From the NCBI GenBank assembly GCA_018822435.1, contig JAHJKD010000049.1:6511-70510 (forward strand): a DNA stretch of 64,000 nt, given 5' to 3'. Origin of the DNA: Patescibacteria group bacterium (lineage in GTDB: Bacteria > Patescibacteriota > Patescibacteriia > UBA9570 > JAHJKD01). The notes beneath the pieces were generated by a model, which was given only the letters and a program-made list of their open reading frames with translations, searched no databases and was not told where the DNA came from. Position numbers and translations under genes: made by a program. The first letter of the stretch is position 1; the number at the start of each line of letters is the position of its first letter. Positions 8,427 to 17,382 of the stretch are shown one piece after another.

Positions 8427-9458
8427 ATGCTAAGCCAAAAAATTGTTGAAAAAATCCGGGTGGACGGACTGACTATTTCCACATCTCTTTTAGTCCACGC
8501 GGCTAAAAAAAACCGTCTGATAGTAAAACTGTTGCCAGAAAAAGCCCTGTCCATTTCTAATGATTCAGGACGAGAGTTTTTTTTCAAAGAAACCATGTTT
8601 CCGTGCAATGATTCGGTCGCTGCCCGTCTCTCTGACAATAAATATTTTGTCCGCCAGTTATTGCAAGCCGAAAACGTGGCTGTTCCTAAAACAAAAATTC
8701 TGGATAACGCAGCGGCCTGGGAAAAAACTTTAAAAAGCCGGCACCTCAGTTTTCCCCTTGTCGTCAAGCCCCTTAATGCGGCCCATGGCCATGGCATCAC
8801 AGTAAAAATTATGCGTAAATCTGTATTGCGAGAAGCAGTCAAAAAAGCTTTCAAATTAACCCGAGAAGTCAACCGTAAAAAAAGAATACTAGTGGAAGAG
8901 TATTTTGAAGGCCATGACCTGAGATTTTTAACAGTCGGCAATAAAGTAATATCTGTGGTGGAAAGGAAACCAGCTTATGTAGTCGGCAACGGAGAAGATA
9001 ATATCAGAAAACTAATTAAAAATTATAATCAGGTGTGGCGTTCGCGCATATCACAATATGACATGCCTCTCTGCCCAATATTAATTGACAGTGAAGTTAC
9101 TCGTCGCCTTTCTCTTCAGAACCTGAAAATCGATTCCTTGCTGAAAAAAGGTCAGGTTGCTCATCTTAGATTTAATGCCAATGTCAGCACGGGCGGGCGC
9201 ACTTTTGATGTTACAGACGAGGTCTCACCGGCTTTGAAAAAACTGGCCCTGAAGTGCATGGATATAACAAAATTACAGGTGGCCGGCGTGGACATGCTTT
9301 GCAAGGATATAAAATCTTCAGATACGACTTACAATAATCTCTGCATCCTGGAGGTGAATGACGAACCAGGCCTGGACATCCATTATTTTCCGTTCCAGGG
9401 AAAATCAAGGGACATCGGCACGGCCATACTAAAACATATATTTAAGGTGAATAGCTAA
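8427..9458 (+). CDS. ATP-grasp ligase (RimK/cyanophycin synthetase N-terminal-like)
   Basis: FPLVVKPLNAAHGHGITV ATP-grasp core; E..N Mg site near C-terminus. Confidence 0.5.
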   Translation: MLSQKIVEKIRVDGLTISTSLLVHAAKKNRLIVKLLPEKALSISNDSGREFFFKETMFPCNDSVAARLSDNKYFVRQLLQAENVAVPKTKILDNAAAWEKTLKSRHLSFPLVVKPLNAAHGHGITVKIMRKSVLREAVKKAFKLTREVNRKKRILVEEYFEGHDLRFLTVGNKVISVVERKPAYVVGNGEDNIRKLIKNYNQVWRSRISQYDMPLCPILIDSEVTRRLSLQNLKIDSLLKKGQVAHLRFNANVSTGGRTFDVTDEVSPALKKLALKCMDITKLQVAGVDMLCKDIKSSDTTYNNLCILEVNDEPGLDIHYFPFQGKSRDIGTAILKHIFKVNS

Positions 9459-10317
9459 TTTGGAAATCACGCCAGCTTAGGTCATTACCTTCTATAAGGC
9501 TAAATTTATAAACCATGCCATTTACTAAAACTATGTATTCTTCTTCGGGGGTGAAATATATATCGGCTTCGGATGGAAGAAGTTTCGTGAACCACGGCAC
9601 AGCCGTTACTTTTTCACCCTGAATCTCAAATTCATTTGCTTCCTCGCATTGAATTAAATAATCAGACACAGAATCGCCAGAATGAAAAAGCTTCATACTA
9701 TAAGCTGATAGTTCTTCAGAGAAAATAATTTCGAAATATCTAACAACATCTTTTTTCAAATAAACTTTTAGGTTACAGCGCAACAATTCTTTTTCATCAT
9801 AACTGCTGGGATCATCAATCGGTTCAAAAATTGTCCCCTCTTCGACAAACAGAGTTTTCTCTAAAAATGGAATATTAGGTATCGGCTGTTTGCCATATAA
9901 AATCATGCCATAAGGACTGGCGTAAGATTTGTAAACATTCACAATACCGCCTTTTTCAGACACCTTCTGAGAATAAACTAATTCTTGGCCCATTGGTTCT
10001 AAAAATTCGTACGAACCTAAACTGGCATAGGGAGTGGACAGAGTAAGAAAAGCAAACAAGATAGCGACCAGAGCGGGAACCTGAACGATAATACCGGTAA
10101 TCTCGACCCACCTTTTTTTTAGTTTCATACGAATCAACATGTAAATTCCGAATATGGAAAAAATTCCGGCGATGAAGTAGAAATAAAAATCAAAAGCATA
10201 TCCGCTAAATGAATAAGGGGTAAAAAGCAGGATGAAAATTATAACGTTTAAAATAAAGGAGATGGCCAGGTATGTTCCTTCCAGAGCATGATTATTGTTT
10301 TTTTTCTTTTTGGCCAT
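9442..10317 (-). CDS. Hypothetical integral membrane protein
   Basis: 4 N-terminal TM helices, no recognisable motif. Confidence 0.45.
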   Translation of the reverse strand: MAKKKKNNNHALEGTYLAISFILNVIIFILLFTPYSFSGYAFDFYFYFIAGIFSIFGIYMLIRMKLKKRWVEITGIIVQVPALVAILFAFLTLSTPYASLGSYEFLEPMGQELVYSQKVSEKGGIVNVYKSYASPYGMILYGKQPIPNIPFLEKTLFVEEGTIFEPIDDPSSYDEKELLRCNLKVYLKKDVVRYFEIIFSEELSAYSMKLFHSGDSVSDYLIQCEEANEFEIQGEKVTAVPWFTKLLPSEADIYFTPEEEYIVLVNGMVYKFSLIEGNDLSWRDFQISYSP

Positions 10318-10328
10318 ATGTTTTTTTA

Positions 10329-10862
10329 TTAATTAAATGTGCCTTCAAGCACTTTTGTTTCCATTTGGCCGTCCTGGCCGCTTTTTTCTGTTTCCTGAGA
10401 AATGATAACAGTCTGGTATTCATCCATATCCTGGTCGTTATTATATTCCAGCATAAAAGCAGAACCTGATTTTTCTATTTTCCCCACAGACATATGGTCG
10501 CCATCACTTTTTTGGATCCAAGCTTCATAAAAATAGCCGACTGGCGGATCAAGCAATTCAGCATCAATATTTAAAACATAATTATTTTCAAAATAACGGC
10601 TCGCCTTCCCAGAACCTTCAAAACCCTGGACTCCGCTTAGATCAGCGGTCTGGACAAGGGCAGCTGCTTCTTCTTGAGTTTTGGTAGGCTCTTTAAAGGA
10701 ATCACCAGACAGATCACCGTCTTCGCCTTGGACAACATTATTGTTAGGACTGGCATTGGTGGCCTGGTTATCAACTGGCTGGCTGCAAAGCGCGCCGACG
10801 AAAACCAAAACAGTAAGACTTGCAATAATGGGAAGGATTTTTTTCATATTTTTTATATTCAA
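10329..10862 (-). CDS. Secreted hypothetical protein (paralog 1)
   Basis: Signal peptide; C-terminal domain about 45% identical to next ORF. Confidence 0.5.
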   Translation of the reverse strand: MNIKNMKKILPIIASLTVLVFVGALCSQPVDNQATNASPNNNVVQGEDGDLSGDSFKEPTKTQEEAAALVQTADLSGVQGFEGSGKASRYFENNYVLNIDAELLDPPVGYFYEAWIQKSDGDHMSVGKIEKSGSAFMLEYNNDQDMDEYQTVIISQETEKSGQDGQMETKVLEGTFN

Positions 10863-10946
10863 TATTATATATTTATTTTACCAAAAATCGGCAAAAAAAA
10901 GAAGGCGAGCAATAAAGCCCGCCTTCTGCTATTTTATAGCCCTTCT

Positions 10947-11564
10947 TTAATCTTCGTCCTCATCCGTACATGGTCCAAGATAGTCGCCATGGGCTTCGTG
11001 TCCTGGCCAGTTATTGCCATTTATAGTCATGGTATTCTCAGCTGGGGTGCCTGGTTTATGGCAAATGACCATTTCTTCGTCTTCTCCTTGGCCAGCAATA
11101 AATTCACCTTCAAGGATCGGGGTTTCAGCAACACCGTCTAACCCGTTAGCTGTAGTTTCCTGAGTTACAACTACTTGAGAATAATCCATGTAATCTGTGC
11201 CAGATTCAAAATCTAAAACCCAAGTACCTTGGATTTTTTCAAGCATTCCCACTGATACTTCAGTTCCATTTAGCACGAGCCAGCCTTCATAAAAGAAGTC
11301 TTTATGAGGGTTAGGAAGATTTGCGCCAATGGAAAGGCTGTAATTACCGCCTTCGATTAAATCACCGCGGATGGCAGTGCCATCGCCAGGCACGTCGGCC
11401 ACAGCCACTAGAGTGGCCACGTTTGACTCTGTATAACCAGCAGTTACAATTTCTTCATTAACGTTTACGTCATTGACGTTTTCCACGTCAGAAGTCTGTT
11501 CGCATAAAGCACCGGCAAAAACTAGCATGGCCAGAACGCCCAGAAAGAGAGCTAATTTTTTCAT
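10947..11564 (-). CDS. Secreted hypothetical protein (paralog 2) with extra Cys/His-containing acidic C-terminal extension
   Basis: Same signal peptide (VFAGALCEQ) and conserved FYEGWL...VGMLEK...DYSQVVVTQET core. Confidence 0.5.
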   Translation of the reverse strand: MKKLALFLGVLAMLVFAGALCEQTSDVENVNDVNVNEEIVTAGYTESNVATLVAVADVPGDGTAIRGDLIEGGNYSLSIGANLPNPHKDFFYEGWLVLNGTEVSVGMLEKIQGTWVLDFESGTDYMDYSQVVVTQETTANGLDGVAETPILEGEFIAGQGEDEEMVICHKPGTPAENTMTINGNNWPGHEAHGDYLGPCTDEDED

Positions 11565-11723
11565 AGATTTATTATTAATTGTTCTAACTCTTAGTATTAT
11601 ATACTAATCTATATATAATACCACTTCTATCATCAGAAATATACATAGCACCGGAAGCGACTTCGAGATCAGTAAATTCTTCCTTAAATTCAATTACAGC
11701 CAAAAACCCCACAATGGAGGGGT

Positions 11724-12161
11724 TTAGCTGAAATAATCATTGACGGCGGCATTATCCAGCTTTTTTCTGTTGATTAATTTATTAATCAGTCTAATAAGCG
11801 TTTTAATTTCATTTTCATCTAATCCATCAATGGGTTCCGTGCCTTTTGCCAACATTAGCTTGCTATGTTTAGCAATCTGTTTTTGGCCGTTATAAGACAG
11901 TTTGTAAGTGTCTTCATTTTTATCTGATTTTATTTTATTTATCATGCCCTCTTTTTCTAGGGCTGATAATTTTTTGGTAATTTCGTCTTCAGATAAGGAA
12001 AAGAGTCCGGCCAGATAAGAAGCTGTGGTCGGATTTTTTTCAATATTGAAAAGGATAGTGTTAGTAAAAAGCAGATCGTGATTAAGATTGGCTGTTTGAG
12101 CCTGCATTTTTTTAAGCAGGACATATAGTTGTACTAATAAATTTACTCGATTACTGGACAT
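11724..12161 (-). CDS. MarR-family winged-helix transcriptional regulator
   Basis: Size and HTH-wing pattern (SYLAGLFSLSEDEITKKLSALEKEGMINK). Confidence 0.45.
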   Translation of the reverse strand: MSSNRVNLLVQLYVLLKKMQAQTANLNHDLLFTNTILFNIEKNPTTASYLAGLFSLSEDEITKKLSALEKEGMINKIKSDKNEDTYKLSYNGQKQIAKHSKLMLAKGTEPIDGLDENEIKTLIRLINKLINRKKLDNAAVNDYFS

Positions 12162-12285
12162 TTTATATTTTTTTAATAAATTCTCTAGATATAATAGATT
12201 AAAAATCTGAATAGGTCAATTCCTTAGTATAACCAAAAAAAAGACCCCGGCCAGTAGGCAGAGGTCTTTGTAATAAATTTGGCAC

Positions 12286-12345
12286 TTAGCAGCCGCCTTC
12301 GCCGCAGCAACCGCAGCCAGGGCATCCCGGTCCAAAATTTTTCAT
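12286..12345 (-). CDS. Tiny Cys/Gly-rich peptide ORF (MKNFGPGCPGCGCCGEGGC), followed by a terminator; speculative
   Basis: ATG..TAA 19 codons, 7 Cys; GC-rich patch in AT-rich spacer; hairpin AGACC..GGTCT + T8 at 12241-12275; no SD. Confidence 0.2.
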   Translation of the reverse strand: MKNFGPGCPGCGCCGEGGC

Positions 12346-12409
12346 ATGTGTATTGGCTTAATTATTAAATGTTTTTAGAGTCTATAGGAAATTTTCGATT
12401 TTGTCAATA

Positions 12410-13720
12410 TTACCAGTAGCGCAGCCAAAGATAAATATTACTGATAGCCACCGTAATGATCATAATTACAAGACCGGTTTTCATAAATTCCACAAAGGTA
12501 ATTTTATATCCGGCTTTTTCTGACATTCCGGCCACGACTAGATTTGCGCTCGCGCCAACTAAAGCGCCGTTGCCGCCAAGACAAGCTCCCAGAGCAAGCG
12601 ACCACCAAAGAGGATTAAGGTTGGAAAAAGTGCCTCCCATATCTTGAACTAGGGGTATCATAGTGGCGACAAAGGGTATATTGTCGACAAAGGCAGAGAT
12701 AAAGGCTGAGCCCCAGAGAATAACAGTGGAGGTAACGGCTAGGTTGCCTTGAGTAAATAGTAGTATTTGTTCTGCCAGCCAGGAAAGAACGCCGGTATTC
12801 TCTAGTCCGCCCACCAAAACGAACAGTCCGACGAAGAAGAATATAGTAGTCCATTCTACACCGTGCAAGGCTTTTTCTAAATTCTTATTTTCCAATAACA
12901 GTAGCAAACCAGCGCCGAAAATTGCAATCGTGGCTGCCTCTAATCCAAGGGCACCATGAAAAATAAAGCCGAGCATAACAAGCCCCAAGACAACTAATGA
13001 TTTTTTCAGTAGTTTCTTATCTTTAATGCTCTCTTTCTCTTTCAACTCCATAATGTTGTCCATATACTTCTGGTCCGTCTGGATCCGTTTATGATAACGC
13101 CAGTAAAAGAAAGGGATAATAGCCAGAAACATCAGCACAACTACAGGGCCGAGGTTTTTAACAAAATCCATAAAAGATAATCCGGCCGCGCTACCGATCA
13201 GGATATTGGGCGGATCGCCGATCAGGGTGGCCGTACCGCCGATGTTACTGGAAAAAACGACAACTAATAAAAATGGCTTGGGATTCACATGGAGGTTGTC
13301 ACAGATTACCATAGTTATCGGTACTAACAGAAGAACAGTCGTGACATTGTCCAGTAAGGCTGAAAATACAGCCGTAATGACAGCGAAGATGAGCATGATG
13401 GGCCAGGGGCGGCCTTTTACTTTTTTGGCTGCCTTAATCGCAATGTATTGAAATAAACCAGTATGCTTTACGATTTCTACGATGATCATCATTCCAATGA
13501 GCAGGCCGATGGTATTAAAATCAATGGCATTAATGGCTTGGTGCTGGTCGTAAAATTGTAAAAAAATACCGGCTATGATGATGATCGAAGCGCCGATAAG
13601 CGAAACGATGGTGCGATGGACCTTTTCCGATATGATCAGGCCGTAACTGGCCAGAAAAATTAAAAGAGCGGCGATTACAGCCGCAGTGGTCACTTCATTG
13701 TGGACGACTTCTTCTATCAT
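12410..13720 (-). CDS. ArsB/NhaD-superfamily permease (anion/Na+ transporter)
   Basis: About 11 TM helices, duplicated GDPPNI-type motif (LIGDPPNILIG). Confidence 0.7.
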   Translation of the reverse strand: MIEEVVHNEVTTAAVIAALLIFLASYGLIISEKVHRTIVSLIGASIIIIAGIFLQFYDQHQAINAIDFNTIGLLIGMMIIVEIVKHTGLFQYIAIKAAKKVKGRPWPIMLIFAVITAVFSALLDNVTTVLLLVPITMVICDNLHVNPKPFLLVVVFSSNIGGTATLIGDPPNILIGSAAGLSFMDFVKNLGPVVVLMFLAIIPFFYWRYHKRIQTDQKYMDNIMELKEKESIKDKKLLKKSLVVLGLVMLGFIFHGALGLEAATIAIFGAGLLLLLENKNLEKALHGVEWTTIFFFVGLFVLVGGLENTGVLSWLAEQILLFTQGNLAVTSTVILWGSAFISAFVDNIPFVATMIPLVQDMGGTFSNLNPLWWSLALGACLGGNGALVGASANLVVAGMSEKAGYKITFVEFMKTGLVIMIITVAISNIYLWLRYW

Positions 13721-14241
13721 ATTTCTTCTTGCTTACCTTTTTTTTCCATTTCCTCGGCTTCAGATAGGGCATCATGCAGAGCAATTTTAACAGAAGTCCG
13801 GGTAATGGCGCCAATTAGCTTGCCTTCTTTATCAACGACCGGCAGGACGCGGCGGGCGCCTTCCACGACATAAGTAGCGGCTTCGATCATGGCGTCATCA
13901 GGATCCAGAACATGGATATCTTTATACATGAAATCCTTAATCTTGTGGTGTTTAGCCTTTTTAGCATATTTGGCCAGCGTGCCTTTCACTCCAAACTGGG
14001 CCATTATTTCACTGCCCTTCAAATATTCAGGCACTATTTCTTTTATTAGGAGGTGCGAAGAAATAACGCCGATCGGCTTCTTGCTCTTATCGACCACGAC
14101 CAAGCTGTTCGTCTTTTTTTCAGACATTTTTTCCACGGCTTCTTCCAGGGTATTGTCCGGGCCAATGGTGTTGACCCAGGTTGTCATGTAATCTTTGACT
14201 TGCATAACATGAATTAAACACCTACTAATTAAATTCGTCAA
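13717..14241 (-). CDS. CBS-domain pair protein
   Basis: Two CBS motifs; 4-nt overlap with permease gene. Confidence 0.7.
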   Translation of the reverse strand: MTNLISRCLIHVMQVKDYMTTWVNTIGPDNTLEEAVEKMSEKKTNSLVVVDKSKKPIGVISSHLLIKEIVPEYLKGSEIMAQFGVKGTLAKYAKKAKHHKIKDFMYKDIHVLDPDDAMIEAATYVVEGARRVLPVVDKEGKLIGAITRTSVKIALHDALSEAEEMEKKGKQEEI

Positions 14242-14253
14242 TAAGAAAGCTGT

Positions 14254-15189
14254 TTATAATTTCTTCAGGGTGATCCTGGTTCCGTTAAAATCCAGACAGG
14301 CGCGCTTGTCCCATTTCCAAAAATTCAGAGGGGCCGGGACTTTGCCAGCGCCACCGGGCACGTCGATGACATAGAGCGGGCAGGCCAGGCCGGACAAGCG
14401 GCTCCGAAGCTTGGTCATGATCTCGGTTTCTTTCTTGAAATCAACGATAAAATGTTCAGCACCCGAGACGTAATCACAGCGAAAAATATAATAGGGCTTG
14501 ATGCCGATCTCGATCAGGCCGGAAAAAAGGTCGTAAAGAGTCTTGACGTTGTCATTGACTCCCTTTAGGAAGACGGATTGCGATAAAATCATGGTGACAT
14601 GAGGCTGGAGGCGGCGGATGGCCCGCACTGTGGCCGGATTGATCTCGGCCGGGTGCTCGAAGTGGACCATGAGATAGAGCGGCTGGCGTTTGACTGCATC
14701 CAGGGCGGCAAGCACTTTTTTGTCCGCCTGGCGCGGATCAGACACGGGCAAGCGCGTGCCCACGCGCAGGACCTTGATCTGGGGCAGGCGGGAAAAGCGG
14801 GTCAGGGCCTTTTTTAAAAGAATGGGAACGGTCAGAGGATCTCCCCCGGAAATTATCAGCTCTTTTATTTCCGGATGTTTCTTGAGGTAGGCCACGATAT
14901 TGTCCAGGTCCTTGTCTGTAATGACGCCTTTTTTGAGATCAGAAACCTTGCGCCGGCGCGTGCAAAAACGGCAATAGGCGGCGCAGTTCATGGTCAGGAG
15001 CACTAGGGCGCGGTTGCCGTATTTATGCACCAGGCCGCGGGTGGCGGTATGTTCCTCTTCCATAAGAGGATCAGCGGTGGTCATCTTTTCGTCCCAGCCC
15101 TCTTTTTTTGAAGGCACAAACTCGCGATGCACGGCCGGGCAGGTCTTGATGATGGTTTCTAAATGGGGTGATAAGCGCTTGCTGAGCAT
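14254..15189 (-). CDS. KamA-family radical SAM aminomutase (lysine 2,3-aminomutase / EpmB-like), GC-rich
   Basis: CAAYCRFCTRR (CxxxCxxC), ISGGDPL, VHFEHPAE, FLKGVNDN, GIKPYYIFRCDYVSGAEHF, IDVPGGAGKVP motifs. Confidence 0.8.
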   Translation of the reverse strand: MLSKRLSPHLETIIKTCPAVHREFVPSKKEGWDEKMTTADPLMEEEHTATRGLVHKYGNRALVLLTMNCAAYCRFCTRRRKVSDLKKGVITDKDLDNIVAYLKKHPEIKELIISGGDPLTVPILLKKALTRFSRLPQIKVLRVGTRLPVSDPRQADKKVLAALDAVKRQPLYLMVHFEHPAEINPATVRAIRRLQPHVTMILSQSVFLKGVNDNVKTLYDLFSGLIEIGIKPYYIFRCDYVSGAEHFIVDFKKETEIMTKLRSRLSGLACPLYVIDVPGGAGKVPAPLNFWKWDKRACLDFNGTRITLKKL

Positions 15190-15202
15190 TTTTTATTTAA
15201 AA

Positions 15203-16237
15203 TTATTTTTTTATGCAATTATATTTGATACCATAGCGGTGGCAGGCTGATTTCAGGATAGCGGCGATCATGCCGTCATAGGCCAGACCGGCCGCGCGGG
15301 CAGCGCGGGGAAAGCGCGAATTTTCACGCGGGTCTGGAATTATCCCGGGCGGGCAATTGATCTCAATCACATAGGGTGTGCTCTTCTTGAGCCGCAGGTC
15401 GATCCGCGCCCAGTCGGCCATTTCCAACGCCTGGAAAGTGTGGCGGCAGACCTGGCTGATCTTCTTGGCCAGGGCCGGGCTGATCTTGGCCGGGCAGACC
15501 AGGGGGTCGGCCTCGTGCTGGGGATCGTCATAGACCCATTTGGCCTCGTAGTGGTCGAATTTGGGCATGTGGGCAGGCAGAGCATCGAAAGTCACTTCTA
15601 TAATGGGCAGGACGCGAGGCGGCGTGCCCAGCAGGGCGACCGTGAACTCGCGACCCTCTATATATTCCTCGATAATGACGCTCTGGCCGTGCTGGCGGAT
15701 GATGTCATCCGCTACCCTGACCAGGTCGGCATGGTTGCCAACCAGATTGGCGCTGCCGATGCCCTTGCTCGAGCCTTCGCCGAGGGGCTTGACGATGGCC
15801 GGAAAAAAATCAACATTATCGGGCCGTATTTCCGCAGCGGCCCTAGCCGTGAACCAGCGCGGCGTCGGGATCTTGTGGGCCAGGAGGACTTCCTTGGCCT
15901 TAGCCTTGTGTAGGCCGAGGGCGTAGCCCAGCGGACTGGGGCCGGTATAGGGGATCTCGAGCATTTCCAGCATGGCCGGGATCTGGGCCTCGCGATCCAG
16001 GCCGTGCATGCCTTCGGCTATATTGAATACCAGGTCGAGCTGCTGCCTCAGGTCATGAAGCTTCTTATAGGCAGAATGATCGGCTTCGATGCAAAAAACA
16101 GTATGGCCGAGCCCTTGCAAGGCGTCGTAAATGCCGGCAATGGTGGCTGGTTCGTCAAATTCCGCTTCCATAATATATTGAGGGTCGTCCATGTCCGGTT
16201 TGACGTGGCGGACGTTGTAGGTGAAGCCGATATTCAT
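15203..16237 (-). CDS. D-alanine--D-alanine ligase-family ATP-grasp enzyme, GC-rich (ATG at 16237; track uses upstream TTG at 16258)
   Basis: Ddl-like N-domain, AIVKPLGEGSSKGI, IEEYIEGREFTV, RIDLRL...VIEINCPPG motifs. Confidence 0.75.
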   Translation of the reverse strand: MNIGFTYNVRHVKPDMDDPQYIMEAEFDEPATIAGIYDALQGLGHTVFCIEADHSAYKKLHDLRQQLDLVFNIAEGMHGLDREAQIPAMLEMLEIPYTGPSPLGYALGLHKAKAKEVLLAHKIPTPRWFTARAAAEIRPDNVDFFPAIVKPLGEGSSKGIGSANLVGNHADLVRVADDIIRQHGQSVIIEEYIEGREFTVALLGTPPRVLPIIEVTFDALPAHMPKFDHYEAKWVYDDPQHEADPLVCPAKISPALAKKISQVCRHTFQALEMADWARIDLRLKKSTPYVIEINCPPGIIPDPRENSRFPRAARAAGLAYDGMIAAILKSACHRYGIKYNCIKK

Positions 16238-16399
16238 AAAATTAAAAAAACCCAGCAAAGGGGCTCACTTTTAATGGGTCTTAAATTGAGGTTTTTAGCT
16301 TTAGCGGCTGTTGTCAGGCAGTCCGGAGGATGATCATCGTCATCCTTTAATATTTCTGTTTCCATTTTTTTATTCAAATATATTCTACTCCGGTTTTTT

Positions 16400-16850
16400 C
16401 CGGTGTCAATATCTGCCGGAAACAGGCTGTGTATAAATTAGAATAATACCGGTCGCTGCCTGATGGGATAGAACCACCAGACAGCGACCAGGATCCTGAT
16501 GCGGGGGAGAGAGGCCATTGGTCTGAAAGAAATCCATGGCTAGTTTCCCCTGCTCTGTACAGCCTCCGAGGCCATCCACCGCTTTCGCTGGGTTGGGCTC
16601 ATCCGGTTGTACTGGGCTCGTTGGTTACAGGAGAGCCTCAGATAGAACCTACGGAAAGGGTCAATCTGTGGACAGTTGGGATCATCTGTCCCGGAAGGTA
16701 CGGTTCGTTCATTTGGCTTGCTGACCTTGGTCATGAAACACCTCCTCATGGCGGCCGGTTGAACGGGCCTTTTTATCTTACCCCCATGGCAAAACAAAAA
16801 GCTTCTTACCCCGATAATGCAGAATAAGAAGCTTTTTGTCTTCTTGCCTT
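16400..16850 (+). ncRNA. Candidate structured noncoding RNA in a GC-rich island (family not identified)
   Basis: No credible ORF; extended -10 TGtTATAAA at 16430-16438; nested GC-rich hairpins such as GGUCGCUG..CAGCGACC; ends at a 13-bp hairpin. Confidence 0.25.
16805..16850. terminator. Bidirectional terminator-like perfect 13-bp hairpin (AAAAAGCTTCTTA ...16-nt loop... TAAGAAGCTTTTT)
   Basis: Seen directly; U-runs on both strands. Confidence 0.6.
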
Positions 16851-17032
16851 TCGATAAACTCAAGGCCATATCTTCCTCCAAGGGGGGCAGGACTTACCAC
16901 CCGGCTTATCCGGGTTGGCGAGCAGTCAACGGGCCTGATCCCTCGTGCTTCTCTTGATATTTTTGAATTGCAATGAACTATAAATATTCTAACAAATATT
17001 TCTTACCTTCGCAACGATTTTCTTGGGGATAA

Positions 17033-17278
17033 TTAAAACCAGCTCTTCTTCTGTTTATTTTTATCTTCATCCAGGGCATCTAACTGTTTTTGCCTCATTT
17101 CATCTTCAGCTTGTTGCTGGACTTTTTGCAAATTCATGTCAGCCATCTGTAATTTTTGCTCGGCCAGACGATAAGCTCTTTTAGAAGCGTCTAAATCCTG
17201 CTTGGCCCGATCAAACTCCTGCTTGACTCGTTGCTGTTCAGCCTCGGCCATGGGTAAATCTTGATCTACTAATGACAT
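17033..17278 (-). CDS. Small coiled-coil protein (81 aa from MSLVDQ...; track start overlaps tRNA)
   Basis: Heptad Gln/Glu/Lys-rich sequence; internal ATG avoids tRNA overlap. Confidence 0.4.
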   Translation of the reverse strand: MSLVDQDLPMAEAEQQRVKQEFDRAKQDLDASKRAYRLAEQKLQMADMNLQKVQQQAEDEMRQKQLDALDEDKNKQKKSWF

Positions 17279-17296
17279 ATTTTTTAAATTAATTTG

Positions 17297-17369
17297 TCGG
17301 ACTGGCGGGACTCGAACCCACGACCTCACGCACCCGAGGCGTGCGCGCTACCAACTGCGCTACAGTCCG
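17297..17369 (-). tRNA. tRNA-Pro (anticodon CGG)
   Basis: Manual fold: acceptor CGGACUG/CAGUCCG, anticodon stem CACGC/GCGUG, loop CUCGGGU, T-loop UUCGAGU; no encoded CCA. Confidence 0.85.
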
Positions 17370-17382
17370 TCTGGAACAGATA

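Noticed and set aside
8393-8941. 182-aa ORF antisense to the ATP-grasp gene
   Set aside because: Fully embedded antisense to a well-supported CDS. The composition is Ser/Arg/Leu-rich noise.
16536-16881. ORFs 16540-16881 (-), 16621-16827 (+) and 16536-16724 (+) inside the GC-rich intergenic stretch
   Set aside because: Low-complexity basic products and no homolog features. The minus-strand ORF has a GGAGG-N6-AUG but would encode a perfect 13-bp hairpin (KSFLFCIIGVRSFLF). The region is more consistent with structured RNA.
16447-16960. Identification of the GC-rich RNA as RNase P RNA, tmRNA or SRP RNA
   Set aside because: CCCGGCUUAUCC resembles the RNase P P4 3' strand. No GGAAAGUCCGGGC partner or other conserved regions were found on either strand. 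A tag-like frame (AKQKASYPDNAE) lacks the hydrophobic C-terminus and the tRNA-like domain. The GGAA tetraloop segment lacks the SRP AGCA/GGAA symmetric loop. This needs a covariance-model search.
14254-17370. Genomic island integrated at tRNA-Pro (integrase/att sites)
   Set aside because: The island abuts tRNA-Pro, but I found no integrase or recombinase ORF and no direct repeat of the tRNA 3' end. The tRNA-adjacent mobile-element interpretation is unsupported.
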